Positions 1 through 11,031 of a stretch of 64,000 bases of DNA are shown here, one piece after another. Both the position numbers and the translations under genes were made by a program. The notes under the pieces are model-generated. The model was not told where the DNA came from and searched no databases. It saw only the letters and a list, made by a program, of their open reading frames with translations. The stretch's first letter is position 1, and each line of letters opens with the position of its first letter. Origin of the DNA: an uncultured Alteromonadaceae bacterium (lineage in GTDB: Bacteria > Pseudomonadota > Gammaproteobacteria > Enterobacterales > Alteromonadaceae); assembly GCA_913056495.1 (NCBI GenBank), contig CAJXMO010000002.1, forward strand, positions 239,347 through 303,346, given 5' to 3'.

Positions 1-28
1 TTAGATAAAGTTTTATATAACACTAATT

Positions 29-1129
29 ATGACAACACCCATAAAGCAATACCAGCAAGATTTAGCAAAAGACAAACTTATTGCCGATTCTGCACAATCT
101 CAGGCAGTTGATATGCTTGAGCACTTGTATCAATCATTGAATGCCCAATCTGAGTCTGACAAAACTTGGTTATCTTCTATTAAATATTTGTTTTCTAAAC
201 CTAAAAATCAAGCACCTGACGGACTTTATTTTTGGGGCGGTGTCGGGCGCGGAAAAACCTATTTAATGGATTTATTTTATAACAGCTTACCGTTTGAGCA
301 GAAATACCGGGTTCACTTTCACCGCTTTATGCGACATGTGCACCAACAACTTGATAAGCTTAAAGGCCAGAGTGATCCATTAGAGCAGGTCGCCGCTGAC
401 TTAGCTAAATCCTATCGGATTATTTGTTTTGATGAATTTTTTGTCTCAGATATTACTGATGCCATGCTATTAGCAGGCTTAATGCAAGCCTTATTTAAAC
501 ACCAGGTCGTTTTTGTGGCGACTTCAAACATCCCGCCTGATGAACTTTACCGAAATGGATTGCAGCGCGCTCGTTTTATCCCTGCTATTGAATTGATTAA
601 ACAGCACTGTCAGGTATTTAATTTAGACAGTGGAATTGATTACCGGATGCGTACTCTGACTCAGGCCGAAATTTATCATGCACCGCTAGATGAACAGGCA
701 GAATTAAATCTTAAACAATATTTTTCCGATTTAGCGGTCGGTGAGATAAAACAGGATAAAGTGATCACGATTGAAAAGCGCCCTATTCATACCCGCTATT
801 TGGCTCAGGGCGTGGCTTGGTTTGATTTTTATCAATTATGTGATGGTCCGCGTAGCCAGAATGACTATATAGAGTTGAGTCGTTGCTTTAATACGGTTTT
901 ATTAAGCGGTGTAAAGCAAATGAGCGAAAAAAATGATGATATTGCACGTCGCTTTATTGCAATGGTGGATGAGTTTTACGAGCGTCACGTGAAATTGATT
1001 ATATCGGCTGAAGTCGGCTTGGATAAGCTTTATACCCATGGTCGTCTGGAGTTTGAGTTTGCGCGTTGTAAAAGTCGTTTGCAGGAGATGCAATCTAAAG
1101 CCTATTTATCACAAGCACATCTTGCTTGA
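29..1129 (+). CDS. zapE: AFG1-family ATPase ZapE
   Basis: Walker A GGVGRGKT, Walker B CFDEF, VATSN motif; typical position upstream of rplM. Confidence 0.93.
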   Translation: MTTPIKQYQQDLAKDKLIADSAQSQAVDMLEHLYQSLNAQSESDKTWLSSIKYLFSKPKNQAPDGLYFWGGVGRGKTYLMDLFYNSLPFEQKYRVHFHRFMRHVHQQLDKLKGQSDPLEQVAADLAKSYRIICFDEFFVSDITDAMLLAGLMQALFKHQVVFVATSNIPPDELYRNGLQRARFIPAIELIKQHCQVFNLDSGIDYRMRTLTQAEIYHAPLDEQAELNLKQYFSDLAVGEIKQDKVITIEKRPIHTRYLAQGVAWFDFYQLCDGPRSQNDYIELSRCFNTVLLSGVKQMSEKNDDIARRFIAMVDEFYERHVKLIISAEVGLDKLYTHGRLEFEFARCKSRLQEMQSKAYLSQAHLA

Positions 1130-1199
1130 TGCTGTTGGTGAAATTCGTAAAATTGCTTAAAAAATCGCAACTTTTAGCGTGATCTTTTGATTTACCTCC

Positions 1200-1469
1200 T
1201 ATATACCCAAGCTGCTCGAAGATGTATGTTTCAGAGCTATCACAGCGTTTTTAGTACAAGGCATGTTAATACAGGAATGTAGGCACCTTTCAAATCAACA
1301 TAACGCAGTAATAGAAACGCTGTGAAGCTCCCGAAGGGCAAGGCTAAAAAGCCTTTATACTGCGTTATTGATTTTGAAAAGGGATAACCATTATCTTCAA
1401 TCAATATCTTGTCTAAATGCTTTTTATCTCTTGCTGAAATCTTGCATGTTCAAGTAACTTGGGTATATA
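1200..1469. mobile_element. ~270-bp ERIC-like MITE, copy 1
   Basis: Imperfect ~33-bp terminal inverted repeats TATATACCCAAG...CTTGGGTATATA; internal sequence matches the reverse complement of the copies at 15659 and 62437; non-coding. Confidence 0.88.
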
Positions 1470-1481
1470 ATGCGCGCCTCC
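1442..1481 (+). promoter_or_regulatory. sigma70 promoter of rplM (TTGCAT-18 bp-TATAAT, GC-rich discriminator)
   Basis: TTGCAT 1442-1447 lies inside the MITE end; TATAAT 1466-1471 is followed by GCGCGCC, typical of stringently controlled r-protein promoters. Confidence 0.7.
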
Positions 1482-1602
1482 CACCCGGTTGGCAGGCTAA
1501 TATTTAGCCTTTGACAAATTCTCGAAGGGGTTTTTGGCATAAACTAGGGGAGACAAAAGGTCTCCAAATGTGGAATTTTTAGGTATTTAGGTTAAATTCG
1601 AA
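1478..1602 (+). promoter_or_regulatory. rplM 5' leader (L13 autoregulatory leader-like)
   Basis: CTCGAAGGGG at 1521-1530, a motif I recall from gammaproteobacterial rplM leaders; correct position. Confidence 0.5.
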
Positions 1603-2031
1603 ATGACAACTTTTTCTGCAAAGCCTGAATCTGTTAAGCGCGACTGGTTTGTTGTTGACGCTGACGGTAAAACTTTAGGTCGTATAGCTACTGAAATCGC
1701 AACTCGCTTACGTGGTAAACATAAGCCAGAATATACTCCTCACGTTGATACTGGTGATTACATCATCGTTATTAATGCTGAGAAAGTCGCTGTAACAGGT
1801 GCTAAACGTAGCGACAAAACGTATTATTCACACTCTGGTTTCCCAGGTGGAATTAAATCAATTACTTTTGATAAGTTAATTGAGAAAAAGCCAGAAATGA
1901 TCATCGAAAGCGCTGTTAAAGGTATGCTTCCGAAAGGTCCATTAGGTCGTGCAATGTTCCGTAAATTAAAAGTTTACGCAGGTGCTGAGCATAACCATCA
2001 GGCACAACAACCACAAACCTTGGACATCTAA
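1603..2031 (+). CDS. rplM: 50S ribosomal protein L13
   Basis: Near-identical to enterobacterial L13 ([13 protein letters not shown]). Confidence 0.99.
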   Translation: MTTFSAKPESVKRDWFVVDADGKTLGRIATEIATRLRGKHKPEYTPHVDTGDYIIVINAEKVAVTGAKRSDKTYYSHSGFPGGIKSITFDKLIEKKPEMIIESAVKGMLPKGPLGRAMFRKLKVYAGAEHNHQAQQPQTLDI

Positions 2032-2046
2032 CTCGGAGAGATTATT

Positions 2047-2439
2047 ATGGCAGAAGCTCAATACTATGGTACTGGTCGTCGTAAAAGCTCTACGGCTCGT
2101 GTCTTTTTAAGACCAGGTACAGGTAACATCACAATTAACAAACGTTCAATCGAAACTTATTTCGGTCGTGAAACTGCTCGTATGGTTGTTCGTCAACCAT
2201 TAGAATTAGTTGAGATGACTGAAAAATTCGATTTATATGTCACAGTAGCGGGTGGCGGTACAACTGGCCAAGCTGGTGCAATCCGTCACGGTATTACTCG
2301 TGCATTAATGGAATTTGATGAAACTTTACGTCCGGCACTTCGCAAAGCGGGTTATGTTACTCGTGATGCACGTCGCGTTGAACGTAAGAAAGTGGGTCTT
2401 AAGAAAGCGCGTAAGCGTCCACAGTTCTCAAAACGTTAA
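2047..2439 (+). CDS. rpsI: 30S ribosomal protein S9
   Basis: [10 protein letters not shown]...RPQFSKR. Confidence 0.99.
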   Translation: MAEAQYYGTGRRKSSTARVFLRPGTGNITINKRSIETYFGRETARMVVRQPLELVEMTEKFDLYVTVAGGGTTGQAGAIRHGITRALMEFDETLRPALRKAGYVTRDARRVERKKVGLKKARKRPQFSKR

Positions 2440-2459
2440 TACGTTTTATATGCTTATTC

Positions 2460-2486
2460 AAAAACCCGGTTTTACCGGGTTTTTTT
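2460..2486 (+). terminator. Intrinsic terminator of rplM-rpsI
   Basis: AAAAACCCGG-TTTTA-CCGGGTTTTTTT hairpin with U-tract. Confidence 0.85.
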
Positions 2487-2831
2487 ATGACTGAATAATA
2501 AGTTTGGTGATAAAACTGATATCAAAAGACAGTGTTTTGATGGAATACATCAGCCGATAAAATAGCGCGCATTGTGCTATTTTTCAGCAAAGTCGCAAGT
2601 TTATGATTTGGATCAAACCAAATCAGAGCTTTTTTTTGAGTTTTTCCGTGATTTCCTTGTCAGTTATCGGGTTTTTTTATTATCATTCGGTATATTTTTT
2701 ACCTCGAACCTGGATCTCGGTAGTTTTTCACTTTTATGACCGGAATTTTGAGCAAAAATTCCCGCACTAAAGCGAAAATTAAGCTGAGTTTAGGTTATTC
2801 GTTTTTAGAATCTAGTCTCGGAGAAGATTGA

Positions 2832-3422
2832 ATGAGTAATGCGCCTGTTAATAACGGTCGCCGTCGCTTCTTAACCGTCGCAACTTCGGTTGTCGGTGGG
2901 GTGGGTGCTGCCGGAGCAGTTGTACCTTTCATCGCGTCCTGGAACCCAAGTGCTAAAGCAAAAGCTGCCGGTGCCCCAGTTGAAGTTAATATCAGTAAAC
3001 TGGAAGCTGGGCAGATGCTACGTGTTGAATGGCGTGGTAAGCCGGTTTGGGTTGTTAAACGCACAAAAGAAATGTTGGATGGCTTAGCTACACATGAAGA
3101 CAAACTACGTGATGCTGACTCTGAAGTTGAACAGCAACCTGGTTATGCTCAAAATAGAACCCGCTCAATAAAGCCGGAGATTTTTATTGCTGTGGGCATT
3201 TGTACTCATTTGGGTTGTTCTCCTCAATACTTGCCTGATACTTTTACTGAGCAGGTTGTGGGCGTTCCTTCTGGTTTTATGTGTCCTTGTCATGGTTCTA
3301 AGTTTGATATGGCTGGTCGTGTATTCCAAAGTGTACCTGCACCAACCAACTTAGTGATTCCGCCTCATAAATATCTTGATGAGAACACGGTTCTTATCGG
3401 TGATGACTCGGGAGTTGCATAA
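2832..3422 (+). CDS. petA: Ubiquinol-cytochrome c reductase Rieske Fe-S subunit
   Basis: Tat motif RRRFL; CTHLGC and CPCHGS cluster motifs. Confidence 0.97.
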   Translation: MSNAPVNNGRRRFLTVATSVVGGVGAAGAVVPFIASWNPSAKAKAAGAPVEVNISKLEAGQMLRVEWRGKPVWVVKRTKEMLDGLATHEDKLRDADSEVEQQPGYAQNRTRSIKPEIFIAVGICTHLGCSPQYLPDTFTEQVVGVPSGFMCPCHGSKFDMAGRVFQSVPAPTNLVIPPHKYLDENTVLIGDDSGVA

Positions 3423-3424
3423 TT

Positions 3425-4693
3425 ATGTGGAAAAACTTATTAGATTGGATTGAATATCGCATTCCTATGATGCGTGTTGCAAATATGCATGCGCTTCAAT
3501 ATCCAGCACCAAAAAACATGAACTTCTGGTATGTTTTTGGTTTTATTGCAACCGTGGTTTTAGTTAACCAGATTGTAACGGGTATTTGGTTAACCATGAA
3601 CTATAACCCAAGTGCTGAAGGCGCATTCGCATCTGTTGAATATATTATGCGTGATGTCGACTATGGCTGGGTTCTGCGTTATATGCACTCAACCGGCGCA
3701 TCGGCGTTTTTTGTGGTTGTTTATCTGCATATGTTCCGCGGCATGATGTATGGTTCGTATCAAAAGCCTCGTGAGTTATTGTGGCTGTTTGGTATGTTTA
3801 TCTATTTAGCGCTCATGGCGGAAGCTTTCATGGGGTATTTATTACCTTGGGGCCAAATGTCATATTGGGGTGCTCAGGTTATTATCTCATTGTTTGGTGC
3901 AATTCCGGTTATCGGTGATGATTTAACTCTGTGGATCCGGGGTGACTATGTTATCTCAGGTGCGACTCTGAATCGTTTCTTTGCGCTTCACGTCATTGCA
4001 TTACCATTAGTGATTGTAGTTTTAGTTTTCTTACACATTGTTGCATTGCACGAAGTGGGCTCAAATAACCCTCAGGGCATTAATATCAAACACCCTAAAG
4101 GTTCTTTAAAAGAAGAAGACAAAACTAAGTTTAATATTCATGAATACTATACCTCTAAGTACGATATTATTAATGATGTGGTGCCTTTCTTCCCGCATAT
4201 CGTATTAAAAGATTTAGTTGCCTTTACGGTATTCTGTGCTGCATTTGCGTATGTTATGTTCTTTAACCCGGAAATGGGCGGTTTCTTCCTTGAGCCACCT
4301 AACTTTGAGCCGGCAAACCCATTAAAAACACCAGAGCATATTGCTCCGGTTTGGTATTTCACACCTTTCTATGCGATTTTACGTGCGGTACCGGATAAGT
4401 TATTGGGTGTTATTTTAATGTTTGCAGCTATTGTGATGCTTGCGTTATTACCTTGGTTAGACCGTTGTAAAGTTCGCTCGGTTAAATACCGTTGTGGTTT
4501 CCATAAAATTAACTTAGCAATGTTTGTTGTGAGCTTCTGTATTTTAGGTTGGTTAGGGATTAAACCTGCAACTCCAACTTATACATTAATGTCGCAATTT
4601 TTCTCTTTCACTTACTTTGCTTTCTTCGGTTTATTGTGGTTATACAGTAAAAACGAGAAAACTAAGCCAGTACCAGCGAGAATTACGAAATGA
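3425..4693 (+). CDS. petB: Cytochrome b
   Basis: RYMHSTGAS, FFALH, PVWY (PEWY-equivalent) motifs. Confidence 0.97.
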   Translation: MWKNLLDWIEYRIPMMRVANMHALQYPAPKNMNFWYVFGFIATVVLVNQIVTGIWLTMNYNPSAEGAFASVEYIMRDVDYGWVLRYMHSTGASAFFVVVYLHMFRGMMYGSYQKPRELLWLFGMFIYLALMAEAFMGYLLPWGQMSYWGAQVIISLFGAIPVIGDDLTLWIRGDYVISGATLNRFFALHVIALPLVIVVLVFLHIVALHEVGSNNPQGINIKHPKGSLKEEDKTKFNIHEYYTSKYDIINDVVPFFPHIVLKDLVAFTVFCAAFAYVMFFNPEMGGFFLEPPNFEPANPLKTPEHIAPVWYFTPFYAILRAVPDKLLGVILMFAAIVMLALLPWLDRCKVRSVKYRCGFHKINLAMFVVSFCILGWLGIKPATPTYTLMSQFFSFTYFAFFGLLWLYSKNEKTKPVPARITK

Positions 4694-5430
4694 AGAAACT
4701 ATTAATTACATTAGTTGCATTGTTGCCGGGTTTAGCTATCGCTGCAGGTGGTGGCTTTCAGTATCCACTGGAAGAAGCTCGCATTGACTTAGAAGATAAG
4801 CCTTCACTACAACGTGGTGCTGCGCTTTTCATGAACTATTGTCTAGGCTGTCACCAAACACAATATCAAAGATATCAGCGTACTGCTGAAGACTTAGGTA
4901 TTCCGTTAGATATTGCTAAAGACAACTTGATTTTTTCTGACCAAAAAATCGGTGAAAAAATGACTAACTCAATGCCGGCAAAAGATGCGGGTAAATGGTT
5001 TGGTAAACAACCACCAGATTTAACTTTGGTTGCTCGTGTTCGTAGCCCTGACTGGATTTACACTTATTTAAAAACTTTCTATTTAGATCCGAGTAAGACT
5101 TTTGGTGTAAATAATGCGGTTTTTAAAGACGTGGGTATGCCGCATGTATTTCAAGGTCTTCAAGGTACACAAGAAGCTGAAATGGTGTACGACACAGTTG
5201 ACGGTCACAAAACGTTAGTCGGCATCAAATTAACTCAGGTTGAGCCAGGTGCACTTACACCGGAAGAATATGACCAAGCGGTAAACGACTTGGTTAATTA
5301 CTTAGAGTACGTTGGTGAGCCATCTAAATTAGATAGTCACAGAATCGGTACTTGGGTATTAGTCTTCTTGGCTGTATTCTTTGTATTTATCTATCTGTTG
5401 AAGAAAGAATACTGGCGCGATGTTCACTAA
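4690..5430 (+). CDS. petC: Cytochrome c1
   Basis: CLGCH heme motif, MPH axial Met, C-terminal TM; ATGA overlap with petB. Confidence 0.96.
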   Translation: MKKLLITLVALLPGLAIAAGGGFQYPLEEARIDLEDKPSLQRGAALFMNYCLGCHQTQYQRYQRTAEDLGIPLDIAKDNLIFSDQKIGEKMTNSMPAKDAGKWFGKQPPDLTLVARVRSPDWIYTYLKTFYLDPSKTFGVNNAVFKDVGMPHVFQGLQGTQEAEMVYDTVDGHKTLVGIKLTQVEPGALTPEEYDQAVNDLVNYLEYVGEPSKLDSHRIGTWVLVFLAVFFVFIYLLKKEYWRDVH

Positions 5431-5591
5431 ATTTTAGTGAGTCGACAAAAATGATATTGGGGGCTTTAGCCCCCATTTTGTGTTTATATTGCTGGCTAAA
5501 TTTGCGCTGACGACTTGTTCAAAAACTGTTATGCTAAGCCAGTCGCTGATCGATTTGAATCAGCTATTGTTTGTTACTTTGGAGGATTTTC

Positions 5592-6224
5592 ATGGCTGTT
5601 GCTGCCAATAAACGTTCGGTAATGACCCTTTACGCAGATGCGTCGTCATTACATAGCCATCAAGTTCGTATTGTTTTGGCTGAAAAAGGAATTAGTGTCG
5701 AGATTAAATTGCTTGATCCAAATAACAAACCGGAAGAATTATGGGAGTTAAACCCATATGGCTCAATTCCTACCTTACTTGATAGAGAATTAGTGTTATA
5801 TCAATCAAATATCATTATGGAATACTTAGATGAGCGTTTTCCTCATCCGCCATTAATGCCGGTTTATCCTGTTGCTCGTGGTAGCAGTCGTTTAATGATG
5901 TATCGTCTCGAAAACGACTGGTACAAATTAGTTGAGAAAATTGAATCAGGTAGCAGCGAAGAAGCCACTGCAGCACGTGCGGAACTACGTGAAAGCATTT
6001 TAGCGATTGCACCTATTTTCAATGAAACGCCTTATTTTATGAGTGAAGAATTCAGCTTGGTTGATTGTGTATTAGCTCCATTATTATGGCGTTTACCTAA
6101 ACTGGGTATTGAGTTAATTGGTCAGGGAAGCAAAGAAGTGAAAGAATATATGGCACGTGTATTTGAACGTGAATCTTTCCAGGCTTCATTGACTGATGAA
6201 GAACGTGAAATGAGACATCAATAA
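5592..6224 (+). CDS. sspA: Stringent starvation protein A
   Basis: MAVAANKRSVMTL start after a GGAGG SD; GST-like fold; the track's 5571 start is probably too long. Confidence 0.96.
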   Translation: MAVAANKRSVMTLYADASSLHSHQVRIVLAEKGISVEIKLLDPNNKPEELWELNPYGSIPTLLDRELVLYQSNIIMEYLDERFPHPPLMPVYPVARGSSRLMMYRLENDWYKLVEKIESGSSEEATAARAELRESILAIAPIFNETPYFMSEEFSLVDCVLAPLLWRLPKLGIELIGQGSKEVKEYMARVFERESFQASLTDEEREMRHQ

Positions 6225-6233
6225 GCTCTGGAT

Positions 6234-6686
6234 ATGATGAAAATGAACTCATGCAAGCCTTATCTGGTTCGTGCGATTTACGATTGGATAATGGATAACA
6301 AATGTACACCCTACTTATTAGTAGACGCCGAATTTCCGGGCGTACAGGTGCCTTTTGAATATGTTAAAGACGGTCAAATCGTTTTAAATATTTCAGCGGG
6401 TGCAACGGGTGGTCTGATGTTAGGCGATGACGCAGTCGAGTTTAATGCCAGATTTGGTGGTGAACCAAGACATTTAATTGTACCTATGTCGGCTATTTTG
6501 TTTATCTACGCAAAAGAAAATGGCGAAGGCATGCCATTTCCGCCTGAACCTAAACCTGAGCTGGAAGACGTCAGTGACGAGCCAGAATTTACAACGGTTG
6601 ATGGAAATAAATCGGAAACTGAATCTGACGATAAAAAAACAACTGAAAAAACCAATAAAGTGAGTCACTTAAAAGTGATTAAGTAA
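6234..6686 (+). CDS. sspB: ClpXP adaptor SspB
   Basis: PYLVRAIYDWIMDN; C-terminal HLKVIK ClpX-binding tail. Confidence 0.95.
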   Translation: MMKMNSCKPYLVRAIYDWIMDNKCTPYLLVDAEFPGVQVPFEYVKDGQIVLNISAGATGGLMLGDDAVEFNARFGGEPRHLIVPMSAILFIYAKENGEGMPFPPEPKPELEDVSDEPEFTTVDGNKSETESDDKKTTEKTNKVSHLKVIK

Positions 6687-6712
6687 GCTGGTTGAGATTT
6701 GGTTAAAGTTTT

Positions 6713-6739
6713 AAAAAGCCAGCGAATGCTGGCTTTTTT
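6713..6739. terminator. Bidirectional terminator between sspB and hinT
   Basis: AAAAAGCCAGC-GAAT-GCTGGCTTTTTT between convergent genes. Confidence 0.85.
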
Positions 6740-6768
6740 GTTTCCGGATTTTAATGCAGGTGATCTGA

Positions 6769-7134
6769 CTAAACTTTTAACTTTTCAGTATAGGGTGGCC
6801 AGCCCATCGCTTTGCCTGCCAACATGTGTAAATGTATGTGATAAACCGTTTGTCCGCCATTAGCATTACAATTCATTACGACTCTGTAACCCTCATCTGC
6901 AAAACCGTTTTCTTTAGCTAACTGGGCGGCAACCCGATATAAATGCCCAATTAGAGGCATATCTTCAACTTGAATATCATTGATAGTTGCAATGGGTTTT
7001 TTTGGAATAATTAAACAATGAAACGGGGCCTGTGGATTAATATCTTTAAATGCCAGGGCCTCATCATCCTCGTAAATAATATCGGCAGGTATTTCTCGAC
7101 TTATAATTTTGGTAAAAATAGTATCGCTGGACAT
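6769..7134 (-). CDS. hinT: HIT-family purine nucleoside phosphoramidase
   Basis: HIHLH triad, DINPQAP motif. Confidence 0.92.
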   Translation of the reverse strand: MSSDTIFTKIISREIPADIIYEDDEALAFKDINPQAPFHCLIIPKKPIATINDIQVEDMPLIGHLYRVAAQLAKENGFADEGYRVVMNCNANGGQTVYHIHLHMLAGKAMGWPPYTEKLKV

Positions 7135-7341
7135 ATCAGCTCCTTGCGGTTAGCGTAATGAATTCATAGTTTTGATAAACCTAATCGGTTTAATTAATTA
7201 GCAGCTTGTACCAATTCGTTTATTATAACAAAAGTATTTAATCTCAGCCCGTGATTAGAATTAGTTGCAGACGTGTATTCGTATATTAGCCGGGTGTAGA
7301 TATCAGAATTATTTTTTAGATAAATAAAAACAGGATCTGAA

Positions 7342-8691
7342 ATGACTCAACATTATGATTTTTTAGCAATAGGTGGTGGCAGCGGCGGAATTGCAAGTGC
7401 CAACCGTGCAGCCAGATTAGGAAAAAAAGCAGCTGTAATAGAAGCAAAATATGTGGGTGGCACCTGTGTGAATGTAGGCTGTGTTCCTAAAAAAGCCATG
7501 TGGTATGCCGGACAAATAGCCGATGCTATGAAATATGCGGCGGATTATGGCTTCTCATTTTCAGATCCTGAACTGAACTGGGGTAAATTAGTTGAAAGTC
7601 GTCAGGCTTATATAGAGCGCATTCACGCTTCATATAACCGGGGTTTTGCCAGCAATGGCGTGACTTTAATTAATGGGTTTGCAAAATTTGTTGATGCCAG
7701 AACCGTTGAAGTGAATGGTGAACAAATCACAGCCGACCATATTGTGATTGCAACCGGTGGATATCCTTTTATACCCGATATTCCGGGCGCCGAACATGGG
7801 ATCACATCGGATGGCTTTTTTGAATTGCATGAGCAGCCAAAACGAGTGGCGGTCATTGGTGCTGGTTACATAGGTGTCGAGTTAGCCGGTGTAATGCATG
7901 CATTAGGCTCAGAAACGCATTTGGTCGTGCGTAAAGAGAAGCCACTGAGAGATTTTGATCCGATTTTAGCGGATACCCTGGTTGATGTTATGAAAGCTGA
8001 GGGACCTGAATTACATAATTATTCAAACCCGGTTGAAATCGTAAAACAGGCGGATGGCAGCTTGGTTGTGCGGTTTGATAATGGAAAAGCCTTGCCTCCG
8101 GTTGACAGTGTCATTTGGGCTGTCGGCCGAAAGCCTGCAACAGAGCAAATTAATTTGCAGGCAACAGGGGTTCAGTTAGATGATAAAGGATTTATTAAAA
8201 CGGATGAATATCAAAATACCAGCGTCAGTGGAATTTATGCTGTGGGCGATAATACCGGGCGTGCAGCACTAACGCCGGTTGCAGTAGCCGCAGGTCGCCG
8301 TTTATGTGAGCGTTTATTTAATAATAAACCGGACAGTAAGTTGGACTATAACGATATAGCGACTGTGGTGTTTAGTCATCCACCTATCGGGACCGTGGGG
8401 TTAACTGAGCCTGAGGCGATTGAAAAGTTTGGCCAGGACAATATTAAAGTTTATACCTCACAATTCACCGCTCTATATCAGGCGATGACGTCACATCGCC
8501 AGCCAACTAAAATGAAACTGATTTGTCTGGGGGAAGAAGAAAAAATTGTTGGGATTCACTCAATTGGTTTTGGCTCTGACGAGTTGATTCAGGGCTTTGC
8601 GGTTGCATTAAAAATGGGGGCAAGCAAAGCTGACTTTGACAATACAGTTGCGATTCACCCAACCAGTGCAGAAGAGTTTGTTACTATGTAA
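7342..8691 (+). CDS. gor: Glutathione-disulfide reductase
   Basis: [19 protein letters not shown] redox motif, C-terminal HPTSAEE. Confidence 0.97.
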   Translation: MTQHYDFLAIGGGSGGIASANRAARLGKKAAVIEAKYVGGTCVNVGCVPKKAMWYAGQIADAMKYAADYGFSFSDPELNWGKLVESRQAYIERIHASYNRGFASNGVTLINGFAKFVDARTVEVNGEQITADHIVIATGGYPFIPDIPGAEHGITSDGFFELHEQPKRVAVIGAGYIGVELAGVMHALGSETHLVVRKEKPLRDFDPILADTLVDVMKAEGPELHNYSNPVEIVKQADGSLVVRFDNGKALPPVDSVIWAVGRKPATEQINLQATGVQLDDKGFIKTDEYQNTSVSGIYAVGDNTGRAALTPVAVAAGRRLCERLFNNKPDSKLDYNDIATVVFSHPPIGTVGLTEPEAIEKFGQDNIKVYTSQFTALYQAMTSHRQPTKMKLICLGEEEKIVGIHSIGFGSDELIQGFAVALKMGASKADFDNTVAIHPTSAEEFVTM

Positions 8692-8729
8692 ATTCTGATA
8701 GGTCAGGGTTATTTTGAACCCGTGATGAT

Positions 8730-8759
8730 AAAGAGGAAGTTTTAAGGCTTCCTCTTTTT
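8730..8759. terminator. Terminator between gor and the lyase gene
   Basis: AAAGAGGAAG-TTTTAAGG-CTTCCTCTTTTT. Confidence 0.75.
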
Positions 8760-8833
8760 ATTTCCGGCTTTAATAATCGACCAGCTCAAGTCAAAGCCTT
8801 AGTGACTTAATGAGTGGTTCGAATAAAAGCGCA

Positions 8834-10525
8834 CTAATCCAACAGATCAATTGCATCAACGCTAATGCTCGGTGATAAGTAGCCGGTTGTAGTTGTCCCA
8901 CTGATCACTGAAACGGTCAGTATATTCCAGTCTCCTGAGTTTGTTTGCCATGCACTGGCCGGTACATCAAAAGTATAAGTGGTATTGTTACATCTGTAAG
9001 TCCCTGTTGTCAGATTGCGAGTGCCCGGTTGGCTCGAAGCTGATTGGAAAGATGAAGTCCAGTTATTTACAGTAATATTGGGGCGTCCGCCGGCAAACGC
9101 ACAAGTTATACCAATTCTCAGCGTATGTGCTTGAGCGAGTTGAGCGGAAGATAATTTAAAATAAATGATGTGATCATTATTGATATCTTTCCACATATAA
9201 GCAGGGAAACCAGTATCACTGGTTGTGCCAACGATATAATTGGACGGATCCCAGTTACTCATTCGAACATCAGAGGGATGCATTGTTGTCAATTTATCAC
9301 CGTTTAAAAACTCCTTAGGTGTGCCATCCCAGTCACCAATTCGCCAGATAGCTGAGTCATCACTTGGATCGTTATTAATACTGAAAGAATTCAGTATGGT
9401 AACTTGTCCTGCTTGTACACTGACGCTTCTACTATCAACTGCCAACTCATTTTTGTAGGTGGTCATTGTGTAGGTGCCCGGGCGCATATTGTCCCGGCTA
9501 TAATACCCACTACTTGGGTTTGCATCTGCCCAGTATTGAGCTGAGGCATTTGCAAAGCCGACTGTGTAATCATAATTCCCATCTAAATTTGAAATGCCCA
9601 CGCCGGCGACCCGGCCACGACCAGAATTTGCAAGGTATCCGGATAAACTCATTTGAGAAAACCAACTGGTATCCGGAGTTGATGGATCTGATCCATCTGT
9701 TACCACTAATGTATAATGATTCAGCAAGCCTGTGCGGTAAGCTTCTGTTTGTGCTTGCGCATAATTTACAATATAAGTGATTTCCTGATCAGTTGAACTA
9801 CCCTGATTTAGCAAGCTGCGATAGAAAGGTCCGCCTGAACTGCCTTCCTGATCATCTTTCACCAACCAGACACCGACACCGCTGCCGGTTGCGCCTATAT
9901 ATGACCAGTCTTTAGCTCGCATATTGGAATAGTGCTTTGAGCGGGTTTCTCCATTATTCAAGGCAAATATATCACCGGCTTCAACCGTTGAAACCGTCTG
10001 CGAAATATCCGACGGTTCGGGGCCGTATGGCAGTTGATTGCGCTGCATTCTTAATATATATCTGACATGGCCATGAATATCCGGCTCATTACTGAAATAA
10101 GTCCCCATATATATATGCGGGTATCCGTTTCTGGCCATATAATAATGTGTTAAATCACCAGCCTGAACGGTCACTTTTATATAGTCTGTGTTGATTGTTT
10201 GCGCACTGACAGATACTGCTGAAGTACCGTTATAGAGCCAATCAAAACCTGAATTAATTTGCGATCCCCGGCTTTGATTTTGAAATTCAACACCATTAAT
10301 TTTAAGTGATGCCAGATCGCCAGGTGACTGAGTACTGGAGCCGTTATCTGTTCTTCGAATACTAAATACCACACCTGCATTCGTATCCACTGTGTAAAAG
10401 TCGGTTGAGGTATTCAGTGAAAAAGCCGCATTGGCTTGTTGAGCAAATATTAAACCCAAAAAACTCAAACTGATACACCAGAGCCGTAACAGGCAACTAT
10501 TCAATTTTATATTGCGTTTTATCAT
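8834..10525 (-). CDS. Secreted rhamnogalacturonan lyase, PL4 (RhgB/RhiE-like)
   Basis: Signal peptide ending ANA; RSKHYS, GGPFYR, WRIGDWDGTP and HPSDVRM motifs; three-domain PL4 layout. Confidence 0.85.
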   Translation of the reverse strand: MIKRNIKLNSCLLRLWCISLSFLGLIFAQQANAAFSLNTSTDFYTVDTNAGVVFSIRRTDNGSSTQSPGDLASLKINGVEFQNQSRGSQINSGFDWLYNGTSAVSVSAQTINTDYIKVTVQAGDLTHYYMARNGYPHIYMGTYFSNEPDIHGHVRYILRMQRNQLPYGPEPSDISQTVSTVEAGDIFALNNGETRSKHYSNMRAKDWSYIGATGSGVGVWLVKDDQEGSSGGPFYRSLLNQGSSTDQEITYIVNYAQAQTEAYRTGLLNHYTLVVTDGSDPSTPDTSWFSQMSLSGYLANSGRGRVAGVGISNLDGNYDYTVGFANASAQYWADANPSSGYYSRDNMRPGTYTMTTYKNELAVDSRSVSVQAGQVTILNSFSINNDPSDDSAIWRIGDWDGTPKEFLNGDKLTTMHPSDVRMSNWDPSNYIVGTTSDTGFPAYMWKDINNDHIIYFKLSSAQLAQAHTLRIGITCAFAGGRPNITVNNWTSSFQSASSQPGTRNLTTGTYRCNNTTYTFDVPASAWQTNSGDWNILTVSVISGTTTTGYLSPSISVDAIDLLD

Positions 10526-10852
10526 TTATTTTTTCCTTTAATTTTAAAGGTGGCTGAAGGTTAGAGAAATTGCTCTTTACGCTAATAGCCAATCCCTTTG
10601 TTAATGCTTTTTATTTGAGTAGCTTAAGTTTGTTCAAAAAATAAGCTACATCAGAGTTAAGTAAATTGTTTTAAAAAGATCAATAAAAAGTAAACAAAAA
10701 AGATCAAAATCAATCTGTTTTGTGATTTTTTATGATTGGTTGGTTTTTATTGAAGGGAACAGTTTGAGTGATAAGTTGAAACTGTTAGGCGTTTTATCTG
10801 GAGGAAATATCTCAGGTTAAGCCCGGTTTTTTCATATTTGTTGTTAAACAAC

Positions 10853-10872
10853 TTATGCATACGTATGCATAA
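10853..10872. promoter_or_regulatory. Perfect 20-bp palindromic operator TTATGCATACGTATGCATAA
   Basis: Exact palindrome with central CG in the divergent intergenic region. Confidence 0.75.
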
Positions 10873-11013
10873 AACAGCTTGATTTGAACTAAATACAGCC
10901 AGCTAATATCAATGTTTTTTGTTGTGTAAGCTTATGTTTTTTAATTGTTTATTGTTATTTTGAAATTTTTACTTTGTTTTTTAAATGTTAAATTTGTGAT
11001 TCTTGTGTGTTAT

Positions 11014-11031
11014 TGAATACGTATGCATACG
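11014..11031. promoter_or_regulatory. Second operator copy TGAATACGTATGCATACG
   Basis: One mismatch to the core of the first palindrome; just upstream of TTGTCA at 11036-11041. Confidence 0.65.

Noticed and set aside
2795-3103. Antisense and alternate-frame ORFs over housekeeping genes (this one and the many 60-110 aa track entries, e.g. 9240-9780, 30322-30570, 31341-31559, 52321-52647, 57355-57678, 58520-58903)
   Set aside because: Fully overlap well-supported genes and lack SDs or motifs; typical shadow ORFs
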